Source of the DNA: an uncultured bacterium
GTDB taxonomy: Bacteria; Abyssobacteria; SURF-5
Length of the DNA: 60,673 bases
Direction: 5' to 3'
NCBI GenBank assembly: GCA_964607485.1
Contig: CAZSKP010000029.1
Coordinates: forward strand, 1-60,673
In this document: piece by piece, positions 1 through 9,441 of the stretch
Position numbering within the stretch: the stretch's first letter is position 1
How the letters are laid out: every line of letters begins with the position of its first letter
The notes under the pieces: generated by a model
Databases searched by the model: none
Seen by the model: the letters and a program-made list of their open reading frames with translations, nothing else
What the model was told of the DNA's origin: nothing
Translations under genes and position numbers: made by a program

Positions 1-167
1 AGCGTCTCCTCGGGCCCCTCGAACACTATCCGTTGCAGGCCCGCTCCAAGTATTCGCTCCGCCCGCTCGAACGTGAGCCGAGCCTCCTCGAACCGCTCGC
101 ACAGTTCCCGACCCATTCCGACATATTGGCTGCCCTGGCCCGGGAATATCCATGAGGTCTTGCCCAT
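1..167 (-). CDS. fabD: Malonyl-CoA:ACP transacylase, N-terminal part (runs off the window edge)
   Basis: Not in ORF track. Manual translation gives MGKTSWIFPGQGSQYVGMGRELCERFEEAR..., with the FPGQGSQ signature; GAGGAG SD upstream; follows rpmF. Confidence 0.93.
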   Translation of the reverse strand, partial: MGKTSWIFPGQGSQYVGMGRELCERFEEARLTFERAERILGAGLQRIVFEGPEET

Positions 168-204
168 CCCACTGCTCCTCCACGCTCTCGCCGACACGAG
201 GAAA

Positions 205-387
205 TCAAGTTTCGGATGTGCTTACGACCTGGCGGCCGTTGTAGAATCCGCATTCCGGACAGACCCTGTGAGCGAGAGAGGGCCTGCCGCAATTCGGGCA
301 TTCTATTACGTTCGGCGGCTTGAGCGCGAGATGGGAACGACGTTTATCCCGACGGGCGCGCGCGATCTTGCGTTTTGGTTGAGCCAT
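205..387 (-). CDS. rpmF: 50S ribosomal protein L32 (zinc-binding form)
   Basis: MAQPKRK...RRSH, CPNC and HRVCPECGFY motifs; yceD-rpmF synteny. Confidence 0.97.
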   Translation of the reverse strand: MAQPKRKIARARRDKRRSHLALKPPNVIECPNCGRPSLAHRVCPECGFYNGRQVVSTSET

Positions 388-479
388 CTGGGTTCCTCCA
401 TCTATTCAATCCACATGCATACCACACCGAGGCGGATGATGGCAAGAGCCATCACCCTCCAAAACAGAAGCGTGTCCGT

Positions 480-1007
480 CTACTTTCCTTCAAGTTTTGA
501 CCTTAACTCTTTGAGCTTGTCAAAAGGCGAAGCTCCCCTGTGCTGCTCGCACTTGCACGCGGCTACGTTCAGGTCCGCGCCGCACTGGGGACAAAGCCCC
601 TTGCAGTCAGGCCGACAGATCGGTTTGATCGGCAGGCTCGTCAGGATCAAGTCTTTGACCTCCCGCAAAAGGTCAATAGAATCTCCTTCGTAAAATGAGA
701 GATTCGAGTCGGGATCGAGCGTTTCGCCCTCTTTTCCCGTCCGCTCCTTCTCGGGCACGTACACGACGCTCACATCCAGTTCGAGCGGCATCTTGAACGT
801 CGTAAGGCAGCGACTGCATTCCGGATGAACCGCCCCCCGGATGGTTCCTTCAACGTAGATATCGTCGTCGGCCTTGGCGACATGACCGACAAACACAATC
901 GCCTCGTCGAGGCTGTACCCGGGCAGGTCCAGGTTTATCTCGGACGGCTCAATGCCGCCTTCTATTTGCTCCCCCTCTTCGGGGATTTTGTCCACACGAA
1001 TTTTCAT
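480..1007 (-). CDS. yceD: DUF177/YceD family protein
   Basis: ECSRCL and PICRPDCKGLCPQCG motifs; directly upstream of rpmF. Start placed at MKIRVD (1007); the ORF track start is 1028. Confidence 0.92.
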   Translation of the reverse strand: MKIRVDKIPEEGEQIEGGIEPSEINLDLPGYSLDEAIVFVGHVAKADDDIYVEGTIRGAVHPECSRCLTTFKMPLELDVSVVYVPEKERTGKEGETLDPDSNLSFYEGDSIDLLREVKDLILTSLPIKPICRPDCKGLCPQCGADLNVAACKCEQHRGASPFDKLKELRSKLEGK

Positions 1008-1295
1008 TCTCTGAAAAATGCGCGTCACCCCGAAGTCTTCGGGAGAAAAACAGGTTCCACTCTTGGAATTTCATCCAGTGGGTGGCCGCAAAAGGAAGGA
1101 ACAATAATCCACAACTTGTGACGAAGGAGCAGGAGGCGATATTTCCCGTCAATCCACAGGACTCAGAAGTATCCCCCACTGCTCCCCAACGGGCAACTAA
1201 ACAACTCGCCGGCCAGCCACTCAACAAACCAATTCTCGTTTGAACGTCGTTGTGGCCGTCTGTACTGCCACAAATCTCCTTTCGCGCTCCCATCG

Positions 1296-1324
1296 ATGTT
1301 AGCATTTACGGGCTTTTTTGTCAA
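1296..1324 (-). promoter_or_regulatory. sigma70-type promoter for yceD-rpmF-fabD
   Basis: Minus strand TTGACA-N17-TAACAT with TG extension. Confidence 0.65.
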
Positions 1325-1508
1325 GCGAGCCAGATAGAGGCCCTCTGATGATTTAAAATTGAAATTGTTCACCATAAGTAGTGAGCGCCCGTCGTTCGCC
1401 CGCGTACGAGGCTTCAGGCACGCACATAGGCCTGTCCCACGCCGCAACCCAAGGCCAGGGGGAAAAACGGTTCTTCCTTGATTCTGCCCGGAAAACGCGG
1501 CAATGGCG

Positions 1509-1538
1509 TTGACAACTCCCCTTCGTTTCTTGTATACT
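1509..1538 (+). promoter_or_regulatory. sigma70-type promoter for hppA
   Basis: TTGACA-N18-TATACT about 75 bp upstream of the ATG. Confidence 0.6.
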
Positions 1539-1612
1539 GTCGCCCGGTTGTTTAGTTTCCTGCCTTCTTGTTTCTTTTGCCCCTTTAAACTTACTGGTGA
1601 GGAGGAGAGGTT

Positions 1613-3706
1613 ATGATTGGAGAGGTTGCGGCAGTAGTAGAAAAGGGCGTTTTCCTGACGCTTGGATCGGGCGTGCTTGCACTCCTGTTCGTCGGCTATT
1701 TGGCCAGTTCGACCATGAAGGCGGATGCCGGCAGTGAGAAGATGCGCAAGATATCGTCGATGGTCCAAGCAGGCGCAAAAGCGTTCCTGAAGCGAGAGTA
1801 CGCGTACGTTTCGACATTCGTCATCATCATCGCGGTGCTCATCTGGTGGGCGCCGTTCATTTGGAAGGCTGTCGTGCCCAACAGACCCCCAATTGACCTG
1901 AGTTGGAAGACATCGCTCTGCTTCATATCGGGAGCCCTGATGTCGGCCCTCGCGGGGTATATAGGCATGAGCATTGCCACCCGCTCAAACGCCCGGACCA
2001 CGGAGGCGGCACGGACATCGGGCGTCAACGGTGCATTGAACGTCGCCGTTTCGGGTGGAGCGGTGATGGGGATGAGCGTTGTCGGTCTCGCATTGTCGGG
2101 TCTATGCATTGTCTATCTGATATTCCGCGATCCCGTTGCCGTAAACGGTTACGCGATGGGCGCGAGCCTCGTGGCGCTGTTTGCGCGCTCGGGCGGCGGC
2201 ATCTTCACGAAGGGCGCCGATATGGGCGCCGACCTCGTGGGCAAGGTCGAGGCCGGCATTCCGGAAGACGATCCCCGCAACCCCGCCGTCATCGCTGACA
2301 ACGTGGGCGACAACGTGGGCGACGTGGCCGGCCTTGGAGCCGACTTGCTCGAGAGCTATGTCGAGGCGATTATTGCCAGTATCGCTATCGCTTTTTCGCT
2401 CTTTTTGGCCGGAAACATCAGCGAAGAGGCGTTCAGCTCACTACAGCTCATTCCGTTCTTGATTGCCGCCGTTGGGGTCATCGCTTCGATTATCGGCGTT
2501 ATGTATGTGAAGGTGAGCGGCGGAAAAAACGCGCAGTCGGCGCTCTTGATGGGCACATATGTCGCCGCAGGCCTCACTATTCTTGGAAGCGCCGGGGTAA
2601 TAGCCGTCGTTGGTGTTCCATTCGAAGGAGTATTCGGAACCTATGCGAAATGGGGCCCGTTCTGGGCAATTGTGCTCGGCATCGTCTCGGGCATTATTGT
2701 CGGGTTCACGAGCGAATACTTTACATCCGGCCATTATAAGCCGGTCAGGAACCTGGCCGAATCGTCACAGAGCGGCCCGGCCATAACCGTCACGGGCGGA
2801 ATTGCCGTCGGCATGATGAGTACGACCGTTCCCGTCATTGTATTGGCAGCCGCAGTGATACTTGCATATAAGGTCTCCGGCATGTACGGTGTCGCGCTGG
2901 CTTCGCTCGGCATGCTCGCCACGACCGGCATGATCGTCTCCGTGGACAGCTACGGACCGGTCGCCGATAACGCCGGCGGGATTGCTGAAATGGCCGGTTT
3001 GGACAAGAGTGTCAGGGAGATTACCGACAATCTGGATGCGGTTGGCAACACAACGGCGGCCATTGGAAAGGGCTTCGCCATCGGTTCGGCCGCTTTCGCG
3101 GCGCTCAGCCTCGTGACTGCATTTATCAGTTCGGCAAAGTTGCTGGATGTCCAGTTGACATCCCCGACCGTCATGGCCGGCCTGCTCATCGGCGGCATGC
3201 TGCCCTTCCTGTTCTCCTCGCTCCTCTTCGGGGCGGTCAGCAAGTGTGCCTTCGAGATGATTGCCGAAGTGCGCCGCCAGTTTAGAGACATCAAGGGTCT
3301 GATGGAAGGCAAAGCCGATCCCGACCCGACCACCTGCGTGGATATCAGCACGCGCAGCGCCATTCGGGGGATGTTGCTCCCGGGCATCATAGCCATCCTT
3401 GCCCCTGTTGCTGCCGGTTTCATCTTGGGGCCTGGCGGATTGGCAGGAATGCTGATTGGCGCGCTGGTGACCGGCGTGATGCTCGGCATCCAGATGGCCA
3501 ACAGCGGTGGCGCGATGGACAATGCCAAGAAGCATATCGAGAAGGGCAACTTCGGAGGCAAGGGCTCCGATGCCCACAAGGCGGCAGTGGTTGGCGATAC
3601 CGTGGGCGACCCGCTGAAAGATACGGTCGGCCCATCCATTAACATTCTCATAAAGCTAATGGCCGTCATATCGCTCGTCCTGGCGCCGCTGTTCATGGTG
3701 CTTTAG
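1613..3706 (+). CDS. hppA: Membrane-bound K+-dependent Na+/H+-translocating pyrophosphatase
   Basis: GGGIFTKGADMGADLVGKVEAGIPEDDPRN, DNVGDNVGD, DNAKK and GDTVGDPLKD motifs; GNTTAA (Ala) marks K+ dependence; many TM helices. Confidence 0.97.
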   Translation: MIGEVAAVVEKGVFLTLGSGVLALLFVGYLASSTMKADAGSEKMRKISSMVQAGAKAFLKREYAYVSTFVIIIAVLIWWAPFIWKAVVPNRPPIDLSWKTSLCFISGALMSALAGYIGMSIATRSNARTTEAARTSGVNGALNVAVSGGAVMGMSVVGLALSGLCIVYLIFRDPVAVNGYAMGASLVALFARSGGGIFTKGADMGADLVGKVEAGIPEDDPRNPAVIADNVGDNVGDVAGLGADLLESYVEAIIASIAIAFSLFLAGNISEEAFSSLQLIPFLIAAVGVIASIIGVMYVKVSGGKNAQSALLMGTYVAAGLTILGSAGVIAVVGVPFEGVFGTYAKWGPFWAIVLGIVSGIIVGFTSEYFTSGHYKPVRNLAESSQSGPAITVTGGIAVGMMSTTVPVIVLAAAVILAYKVSGMYGVALASLGMLATTGMIVSVDSYGPVADNAGGIAEMAGLDKSVREITDNLDAVGNTTAAIGKGFAIGSAAFAALSLVTAFISSAKLLDVQLTSPTVMAGLLIGGMLPFLFSSLLFGAVSKCAFEMIAEVRRQFRDIKGLMEGKADPDPTTCVDISTRSAIRGMLLPGIIAILAPVAAGFILGPGGLAGMLIGALVTGVMLGIQMANSGGAMDNAKKHIEKGNFGGKGSDAHKAAVVGDTVGDPLKDTVGPSINILIKLMAVISLVLAPLFMVL

Positions 3707-3740
3707 GAAACAGGCGCAACGCTATCGAGTGAGTTCTGGG

Positions 3741-3783
3741 GGCAGCCTCTTTCGTTTCGCTCAGAAGAGGCTGTCTCCTTTCC
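3741..3783 (+). terminator. Stem-loop terminator after hppA
   Basis: ggcagcctctt...aagaggctgtc stem followed by a pyrimidine tract. Confidence 0.5.
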
Positions 3784-3881
3784 GTATCCGCCCCTTTGCC
3801 CTCCAAAGTAGAGGGGGTCGCCCTTCGGGCGTGGGAATCCCGTCGAAATGAGGCGTCCATGAGGGCGTGTCGCCATCTCGC

Positions 3882-3910
3882 TTGCACCGCAGAGAGGTGT
3901 ATGATAGAAT
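3882..3910 (+). promoter_or_regulatory. sigma70-type promoter of the rpsF operon
   Basis: TTGCAC-N17-TAGAAT with TG extended -10. Confidence 0.7.
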
Positions 3911-3916
3911 ACAACC

Positions 3917-3958
3917 CAGCTAGCGGGGCCGAAGGGACCCGCATCCGGAGGTGAGATT
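3917..3958 (+). promoter_or_regulatory. Probable S6:S18 autoregulatory leader
   Basis: Hairpin gcgggGccGAAGggAcccgc next to the SD (CCGGAGG) of rpsF, at the position typical of the S6:S18 leader; not model-tested. Confidence 0.4.
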
Positions 3959-4264
3959 TTGAATAGGTACGAAGTGCTGTTCGTGATTCGGCCCGACGCG
4001 GCAGAGGAGACGGTCGCCGAGGTAACCGAAAAGGCGCAGGAACAGGTGACGCGCAACGGAGGCATCATTCTCGCGCTCGAAAACTGGGGGCGCAAGAAAC
4101 TCGCATACGAGATAAGCCGCTTTACCGAAGGCATTTATGTGAAAATGGACTTCGAGGCGTCGGGCGACGTCGTTGACAAGCTGGCCCGACATTTCACGCT
4201 CAGTGAGGATGTAGTTCGTCATCAGACCATACATCAGACGGACAGGAAATCGGCCGCAGGCTGA
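3959..4264 (+). CDS. rpsF: 30S ribosomal protein S6
   Basis: RYEVLFVIRPD and WGRKKLAYEI motifs; TTG start. Confidence 0.97.
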   Translation: MNRYEVLFVIRPDAAEETVAEVTEKAQEQVTRNGGIILALENWGRKKLAYEISRFTEGIYVKMDFEASGDVVDKLARHFTLSEDVVRHQTIHQTDRKSAAG

Positions 4265-4278
4265 GAGGAACCGCCGCG

Positions 4279-4722
4279 ATGTCGCAGCTCAGCATGATAG
4301 AGGTCAACAAGGTCTTCCTCGCAGGGAGACTCACGCAGGACCCCGAGCTCCGCTACACGCCCTCCGGCGCGGCGGTGACAACCCTGCGAATGGCCGTTAA
4401 CACGACCTACTGGAGTAAAGACAGCGAAAAACGCGAAGAGGTCTGCTACGTAAACGTGAACGTGTGGCAGAAACAGGCAGAGAAGTGCGTCGAATACCTG
4501 AGCAAGGGGAGGCCCGTATTCATCGAAGGCCGCTTGCAGAGCAGGCAGTGGGAAGCACAGGACGGCCAGAAGAGGACAAGCATCGAAGTCAATGCGAATA
4601 GGGTTCAGTTCATGGACTGGAGCGGAGAGCGGGATGAAACCACGCCTTCCCGCGGCAAGGCTTCCGCGCGTCCGCCGGAATCGTCCCCCGGACCGGAGGA
4701 GTCGGACGATATCCCCTTCTGA
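4279..4722 (+). CDS. ssb: Single-stranded DNA-binding protein
   Basis: NKVFLAGRLTQDPELRYT; C-terminal DDIPF. Confidence 0.97.
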   Translation: MSQLSMIEVNKVFLAGRLTQDPELRYTPSGAAVTTLRMAVNTTYWSKDSEKREEVCYVNVNVWQKQAEKCVEYLSKGRPVFIEGRLQSRQWEAQDGQKRTSIEVNANRVQFMDWSGERDETTPSRGKASARPPESSPGPEESDDIPF

Positions 4723-4771
4723 CAAGGAGACAGACGTTCGCGAAGTGGCGTCATACCAAGGAAAGGAATAA

Positions 4772-5008
4772 ATGGCAAAGCCAAGAAGAACCTTTGGGCG
4801 CAGGAAAATCTGCCGCTTTTGCGCCGACAAAGTGCCAGCGGCGGACATCAACTACAAGGATGTCCAGAGGCTGAAACACTACACCACGGAGCGCGGAAAG
4901 ATTATTCCCCGCAGGATTTCGGGCGCCTGCGCGAGACATCAACGAGCCCTGAGCAAGGCCATCAAGCGCTCACGCATGGTGGCGCTTATGCCCTTCACCG
5001 CCGATTAA
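4772..5008 (+). CDS. rpsR: 30S ribosomal protein S18 (zinc-binding form)
   Basis: [29 protein letters not shown]. Confidence 0.97.
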   Translation: MAKPRRTFGRRKICRFCADKVPAADINYKDVQRLKHYTTERGKIIPRRISGACARHQRALSKAIKRSRMVALMPFTAD

Positions 5009-5211
5009 TCTCTTGCTGCGCATCATGTCAACGCGTTCTGTCGGGGCTTTCCTACGCGCTCGGAGACGTACATAGGGGGCGGTGGCGATTCACCCACGGG
5101 CCGTTGGCTTACGCATCCAACCTCGTTGAAGCTGGTCCCCGAGGATTTCGCTGGAACGCAAACTAGGCGGGCGGGTATCTCTTCCCGCCAACGCTTCTGA
5201 AAGGAAGGCCG

Positions 5212-5655
5212 ATGAAGGTCATACTTCGAGAAGAGGTAAAGAGGCTGGGCAAGCCCGGCGACGTGGTCGAGGTCAAGGACGGCTACGCTCGCAACTACCT
5301 GATTGCACGCAATCTCGCCGTCAGGGCCGACGCGGGCCGCCTAAGACAGCTCGAGCACGAAAGGAAGGTCCTTCGCGACAAGAAGGAAAAGGTGCTCAAG
5401 GAAGCAAGAATGCTCGCCGAGGAGATAAGCAAGACCTCGTGCACCATCTCGGTGCAGGTGGGGGAAGAAGACAAGCTGTTCGGTTCCGTCACCGCCATGG
5501 ACATAGCAGAATCCCTCAGCAAGGAGGGCGTGGAGGTCGACAAGAGAAGCATCCATCTGGAGGAACCGATCAAGTCGTTGGGTGTGTTCAGCGTCCCCGT
5601 CAAGATCATGCCCGACGTGGAGGCCAAGCTGAAGGTCTGGGTGGTAAAGGAATAA
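5212..5655 (+). CDS. rplI: 50S ribosomal protein L9
   Basis: MKVIL...LGKPGDVVEVKDGYARNYL and KLFGSVT. Confidence 0.97.
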   Translation: MKVILREEVKRLGKPGDVVEVKDGYARNYLIARNLAVRADAGRLRQLEHERKVLRDKKEKVLKEARMLAEEISKTSCTISVQVGEEDKLFGSVTAMDIAESLSKEGVEVDKRSIHLEEPIKSLGVFSVPVKIMPDVEAKLKVWVVKE

Positions 5656-5714
5656 CTTGACCGAAACCTGTGCGGCGCTGTCTGTAACGAGCAACTGCCC
5701 CTGAGGGGATTCAC

Positions 5715-7115
5715 GTGGCCACAAAAGAGACATCTCCTCCCACGAAGGTACCTCCCCACAACCGCGACGCCGAGCAGAGCGTTCTGGGAGCGATGCTTTT
5801 CGACGAACGCGCAGTCGGCCAGAGCATCGAGAAACTGCGCGACTATCACTTCTACGACGAGGCGCACCGCCGGATATTTCGGGCAATAGTTGACCTGTAC
5901 AACGAGAGCTCGCCCATCGACCTCATTAGTGCTTCCGACAGACTGCGCAGGAGCGGCGAGCTCGAATCCGTCGGGGGCGCCACGTACCTCGCCCAGCTCC
6001 TCGACATGGTTCCCACCGTCGCCCACGTCGACTACTACTCCCGAATAGTGCTTGAGAAGGCCTGGCTCAGGGAACTGCTGACGGCGGCGACGGAAACCAT
6101 GACCGACGCTTACGGCGAAGGCCCCGACGTCGAGGAGGTGCTCGACAGGGCGGAGAAGCGAATATTCGACATCGTTGAGCGCCGAATCGTTACCTCGATC
6201 ACGCCGGTGGGAGAATTGGTGCATCCGGTGTTCCAATGGGTCGATGACCTGTACAACGACCGGCGCGAGGTCACGGGCACTCCCACGGGCTTCATCGATT
6301 TGGACCTCAAGCTTCGGGGTCTCCAGAAATCCGACCTCATCATCGTGGCTGGCAGGCCGTCGATGGGGAAGACGAGCTTCGCCCTCAATATCGCCGAACA
6401 CGTCGGCATCAGGGAGAAGAAAGCAGTCGCCATTTTCAGCCTTGAGATGGGCAAAGAGCAGCTTGTCCTCAGGATGCTCTGCTCCGAGGCGGCGCGCGAG
6501 GTCTCAAGAGAGAATATCAGCCTGAGCGGCCTCCAGACAGGCTACTTCGGCAGCAACCTTTATCCCGTGCTGACGGACGCCGCCGGCCGGCTCGCGCAGT
6601 CCAACATCTTCATCGACGACTCGCCCACGCTTTCCGCCATGGAAATCAGAGCCAAGGCACGAATGCTTAAGGCGCGGAAACAGCTCGACCTGATCGTCAT
6701 CGATTACCTGCAACTCATGGAAGAGAGCGGCAGGCGGGCGGAGAACCGGCAGCAGGAAATCGCTATGATTTCCCGACACCTGAAGGCACTGGCGCGCGAA
6801 CTCGAGGTGCCCGTGATCGCGCTCTCACAGCTCAGCCGCGCCGTTGAGCGGCGCGAGGAGAACCGCCCGCAGCTCGCCGACCTGCGCGAATCGGGCGCGA
6901 TCGAGCAAGATGCCGACGTCGTGCTCATGCTTTACCGCGAGGAGTACTACTGGCGTTTGCAGAACCCGAGCAAGGACCCCGGAGAAAACCTCTTGAACAA
7001 AGCCGAGGTGATTGTGGCCAAGCAGCGCAACGGACCGACCGGTGTGATCGACCTCAATTTCTTCGGCGACCAGGTGCGGTTTGAAAGCCGGACGAAGCAG
7101 ACCGAGCCGTTCTGA
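5715..7115 (+). CDS. dnaB: Replicative DNA helicase
   Basis: PPHNRDAEQSVLG, GRPSMGKT Walker A, IVIDYLQL, LSQLSR, DLRESGAIEQDAD, KQRNGP; no intein. Confidence 0.98.
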   Translation: MATKETSPPTKVPPHNRDAEQSVLGAMLFDERAVGQSIEKLRDYHFYDEAHRRIFRAIVDLYNESSPIDLISASDRLRRSGELESVGGATYLAQLLDMVPTVAHVDYYSRIVLEKAWLRELLTAATETMTDAYGEGPDVEEVLDRAEKRIFDIVERRIVTSITPVGELVHPVFQWVDDLYNDRREVTGTPTGFIDLDLKLRGLQKSDLIIVAGRPSMGKTSFALNIAEHVGIREKKAVAIFSLEMGKEQLVLRMLCSEAAREVSRENISLSGLQTGYFGSNLYPVLTDAAGRLAQSNIFIDDSPTLSAMEIRAKARMLKARKQLDLIVIDYLQLMEESGRRAENRQQEIAMISRHLKALARELEVPVIALSQLSRAVERREENRPQLADLRESGAIEQDADVVLMLYREEYYWRLQNPSKDPGENLLNKAEVIVAKQRNGPTGVIDLNFFGDQVRFESRTKQTEPF

Positions 7116-7164
7116 TGAATGAGTTGAGCGAGGGAAAACTGAGCAGCTTATAAAGGAGATCGTT

Positions 7165-8040
7165 ATGTTTACAGGTTCAATGGTGGCGCTCGTGACCCCT
7201 TTCAAAAACGGCAAGGTGGACGAAGCCAAGATTCCCGAGCTTGTCGAGTTTCAGCTCAGCAGAGGCACAAGCGTCATCTGTCCGTGCGGCTGCACCGGCG
7301 AGGCCGCGACCCTGAACCACGACGAGCAGATTCGAATCATACAGATCGTCGTCGAGACGGTTGCGGGAAGAGCGAACGTGGTCGCCGGCACTGGCTCTAA
7401 CAGCACAGAGGAGGCTCTCCAGCTCACGCGACGTGCAAAAGATGTGGGCGTGGACGGAGCACTGATGATCACGCCGTACTACAACAAACCCACCCAGCGC
7501 GGGCTCCGGACTCACTACGAGAAGATAGCCACCTCGGTCGACCTGCCTATCATGCTGTACAACGTCCCCGGCCGGACGAGCGTGAACATGCTCCCCGAGA
7601 CCGTGGCCGAACTCTCCCAGACCGAAAACATCGTCGCCATCAAGGAAGCCAGCGGTAACCTGGACCAGGTAAGCGCAATACTGAACCTCTGCGACATCAA
7701 CGTGCTCTCGGGCGACGACTCGCTCACGCTGCCGATGCTCGCAATCGGGGCGAAGGGAGTCGTCAGTGTGGCTGCCAACGTCGCGCCCGCCGAAGTAGCG
7801 GCACTCATAGACAGCTTCAACAGTTGCAACATGGACGAGGCTCAGCGGATACATTATCAGTTGCTGCCGTTGTTTAAAGTGTTGTTTTGCGAGACTAATC
7901 CTATTCCCGTGAAGCGGGCGCTGAGCTTGATGGGAATGATCGAAAACGAGCTCAGGCTCCCGCTTGTTCCCCTTTCTGCGGAAAATGAGCCCAAGTTGAG
8001 GGCAGTGCTCGAGAAGCTGGGGTTGTTGGAATTGGTGTAG
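7165..8040 (+). CDS. dapA: 4-hydroxy-tetrahydrodipicolinate synthase
   Basis: ALVTPF, GCTGE, TPYYNKP, LYNVPGRT, IKEASG, ETNPIPVK. Confidence 0.97.
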   Translation: MFTGSMVALVTPFKNGKVDEAKIPELVEFQLSRGTSVICPCGCTGEAATLNHDEQIRIIQIVVETVAGRANVVAGTGSNSTEEALQLTRRAKDVGVDGALMITPYYNKPTQRGLRTHYEKIATSVDLPIMLYNVPGRTSVNMLPETVAELSQTENIVAIKEASGNLDQVSAILNLCDINVLSGDDSLTLPMLAIGAKGVVSVAANVAPAEVAALIDSFNSCNMDEAQRIHYQLLPLFKVLFCETNPIPVKRALSLMGMIENELRLPLVPLSAENEPKLRAVLEKLGLLELV

Positions 8041-8055
8041 GGTGGAGGCCCCGAA

Positions 8056-8862
8056 GTGGCATTGAGAATCGGTGTGTTTGGTGCGTGCGGCCGGATGGGT
8101 CGGCGGATAGTCGAGCTTGCCAGCCGTGACAAGGACTTCGAGGTGAGGGCTGGAATCGAGTATCCCGGCCATCCCGCCGTCGGCCAGCCCCTCGGAGCTC
8201 TGTTCGGAATCCCCGACCTGAATGTGACGCTTGTGGAAAGCGTGCACAAGGTGCTCAACGACGTCGAATGCATCATCGCGTTTGCGACACCCGAGGCGAC
8301 TCTTGACTGCATGCGCGACGTTCACGCCGACCGAAAAGCGTTCGTCATCGGGACGACCGGTTTCAGCCCTGAGCAAGTGGAGGAAATCAAGCGTCTGAGC
8401 CAGCATGTTCCGTGCCTGATGTCCGCGAACATGAGCATCGGCGTCAACACGCTGCTGGCTCTCTCGAAGCGGATAGCGAAGGTCTTGGGCGACAATTTCG
8501 ACGTGGAGATTGTGGAGGCGCACCACAATCAGAAGCGCGATGCACCCAGCGGCACCGCGCTTATGCTCGGCGAGGCCATCGCCGAGGCCACAAACCGCAC
8601 ACTCATCGACAACGTTACGTATGGAAGAGAGGGGATTGTCGGGCCGAGGCCGAAGAACGAAATAGGCATCCACGCAGTCCGCGGCGGAGACATCGTCGGC
8701 GACCATACCATCATCTTTGCCGGTCAGGGTGAGCGCATCGAGATAACCCACCGCGCCCACAGCCGCGACAACTTCGCGCGAGGAGCCCTCCTGGCCGCCA
8801 AGTTCATCGTCCGCCAGCCCGCCGGACTCTACACGATGCAGGACCTCCTGAAGCTCACGTGA
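8056..8862 (+). CDS. dapB: 4-hydroxy-tetrahydrodipicolinate reductase
   Basis: GACGRMG, IGTTG, EAHHNQKRDAPSGTA. Confidence 0.97.
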   Translation: MALRIGVFGACGRMGRRIVELASRDKDFEVRAGIEYPGHPAVGQPLGALFGIPDLNVTLVESVHKVLNDVECIIAFATPEATLDCMRDVHADRKAFVIGTTGFSPEQVEEIKRLSQHVPCLMSANMSIGVNTLLALSKRIAKVLGDNFDVEIVEAHHNQKRDAPSGTALMLGEAIAEATNRTLIDNVTYGREGIVGPRPKNEIGIHAVRGGDIVGDHTIIFAGQGERIEITHRAHSRDNFARGALLAAKFIVRQPAGLYTMQDLLKLT

Positions 8863-8937
8863 ACCGGGAAGACTTCCCGTCCACGCTTCCGCTTCGTCGA
8901 AATCCAGAAAAAAGCAGATAAGAAGAATAATGCGGCG

Positions 8938-9441
8938 CTAGAATATGATTCGCAGTAGCGAGGCGGTGCCGTAGGCGGCTACGGACATGACGATGCCCGC
9001 TATCATCACGCCCCCCGCAATGGCGAGGAAAGCGTTCCGCGTCTTCAGGCCGAGCACGAATGCCACGGCGGCGCCCGTCCACGCGCCCGTGACCGGCAGG
9101 GGGATGGCGACGAACAACACCAGCCCGAACGTCTCGTAGCGCTTCACCTTCTCACTTTTGGTGCGGGCGCGCTCGAACACCCAGTTGAAGAAGCGCTCGC
9201 CCAGCGCGAATCGACTGCCCCAGCGCGACAGCGGGCCGAGCGTCAAGAGGATGGGAAGCACGGGTATCAGGTTGCCGACCAGCGATATCGGCAACGCCTC
9301 TCGGAGAGGGATATCCCCCAGTGGGGAGGCTGCGTATATCATCGCGCCCCTCAGCTCGCTTATGGGGAGCATAGCGAGCACGAACGTCACTCCCTTGGCC
9401 GACATGAAGTTGGAGAGAAAGAGCGCGATGGCTTCTCTCAT
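8938..9441 (-). CDS. Putative small multidrug export-type membrane protein (COG2426-like)
   Basis: PISELRGA and FVAIPLPVTGAWTG motifs; hydrophobic; MREAI start overlaps the surE stop. Confidence 0.8.
   Translation of the reverse strand: MREAIALFLSNFMSAKGVTFVLAMLPISELRGAMIYAASPLGDIPLREALPISLVGNLIPVLPILLTLGPLSRWGSRFALGERFFNWVFERARTKSEKVKRYETFGLVLFVAIPLPVTGAWTGAAVAFVLGLKTRNAFLAIAGGVMIAGIVMSVAAYGTASLLRIIF

Noticed and set aside
5009-5211. 200-bp gap between rpsR and rplI, where a membrane protein gene often sits
   Set aside because: No recognisable gene remnant or RNA motif beyond one small hairpin.
5295-8760. Long minus-strand ORFs (368 aa, 527 aa) opposite rplI/dnaB and dapA/dapB
   Set aside because: Antisense shadows of well-supported GC-rich genes; no recognisable motifs.
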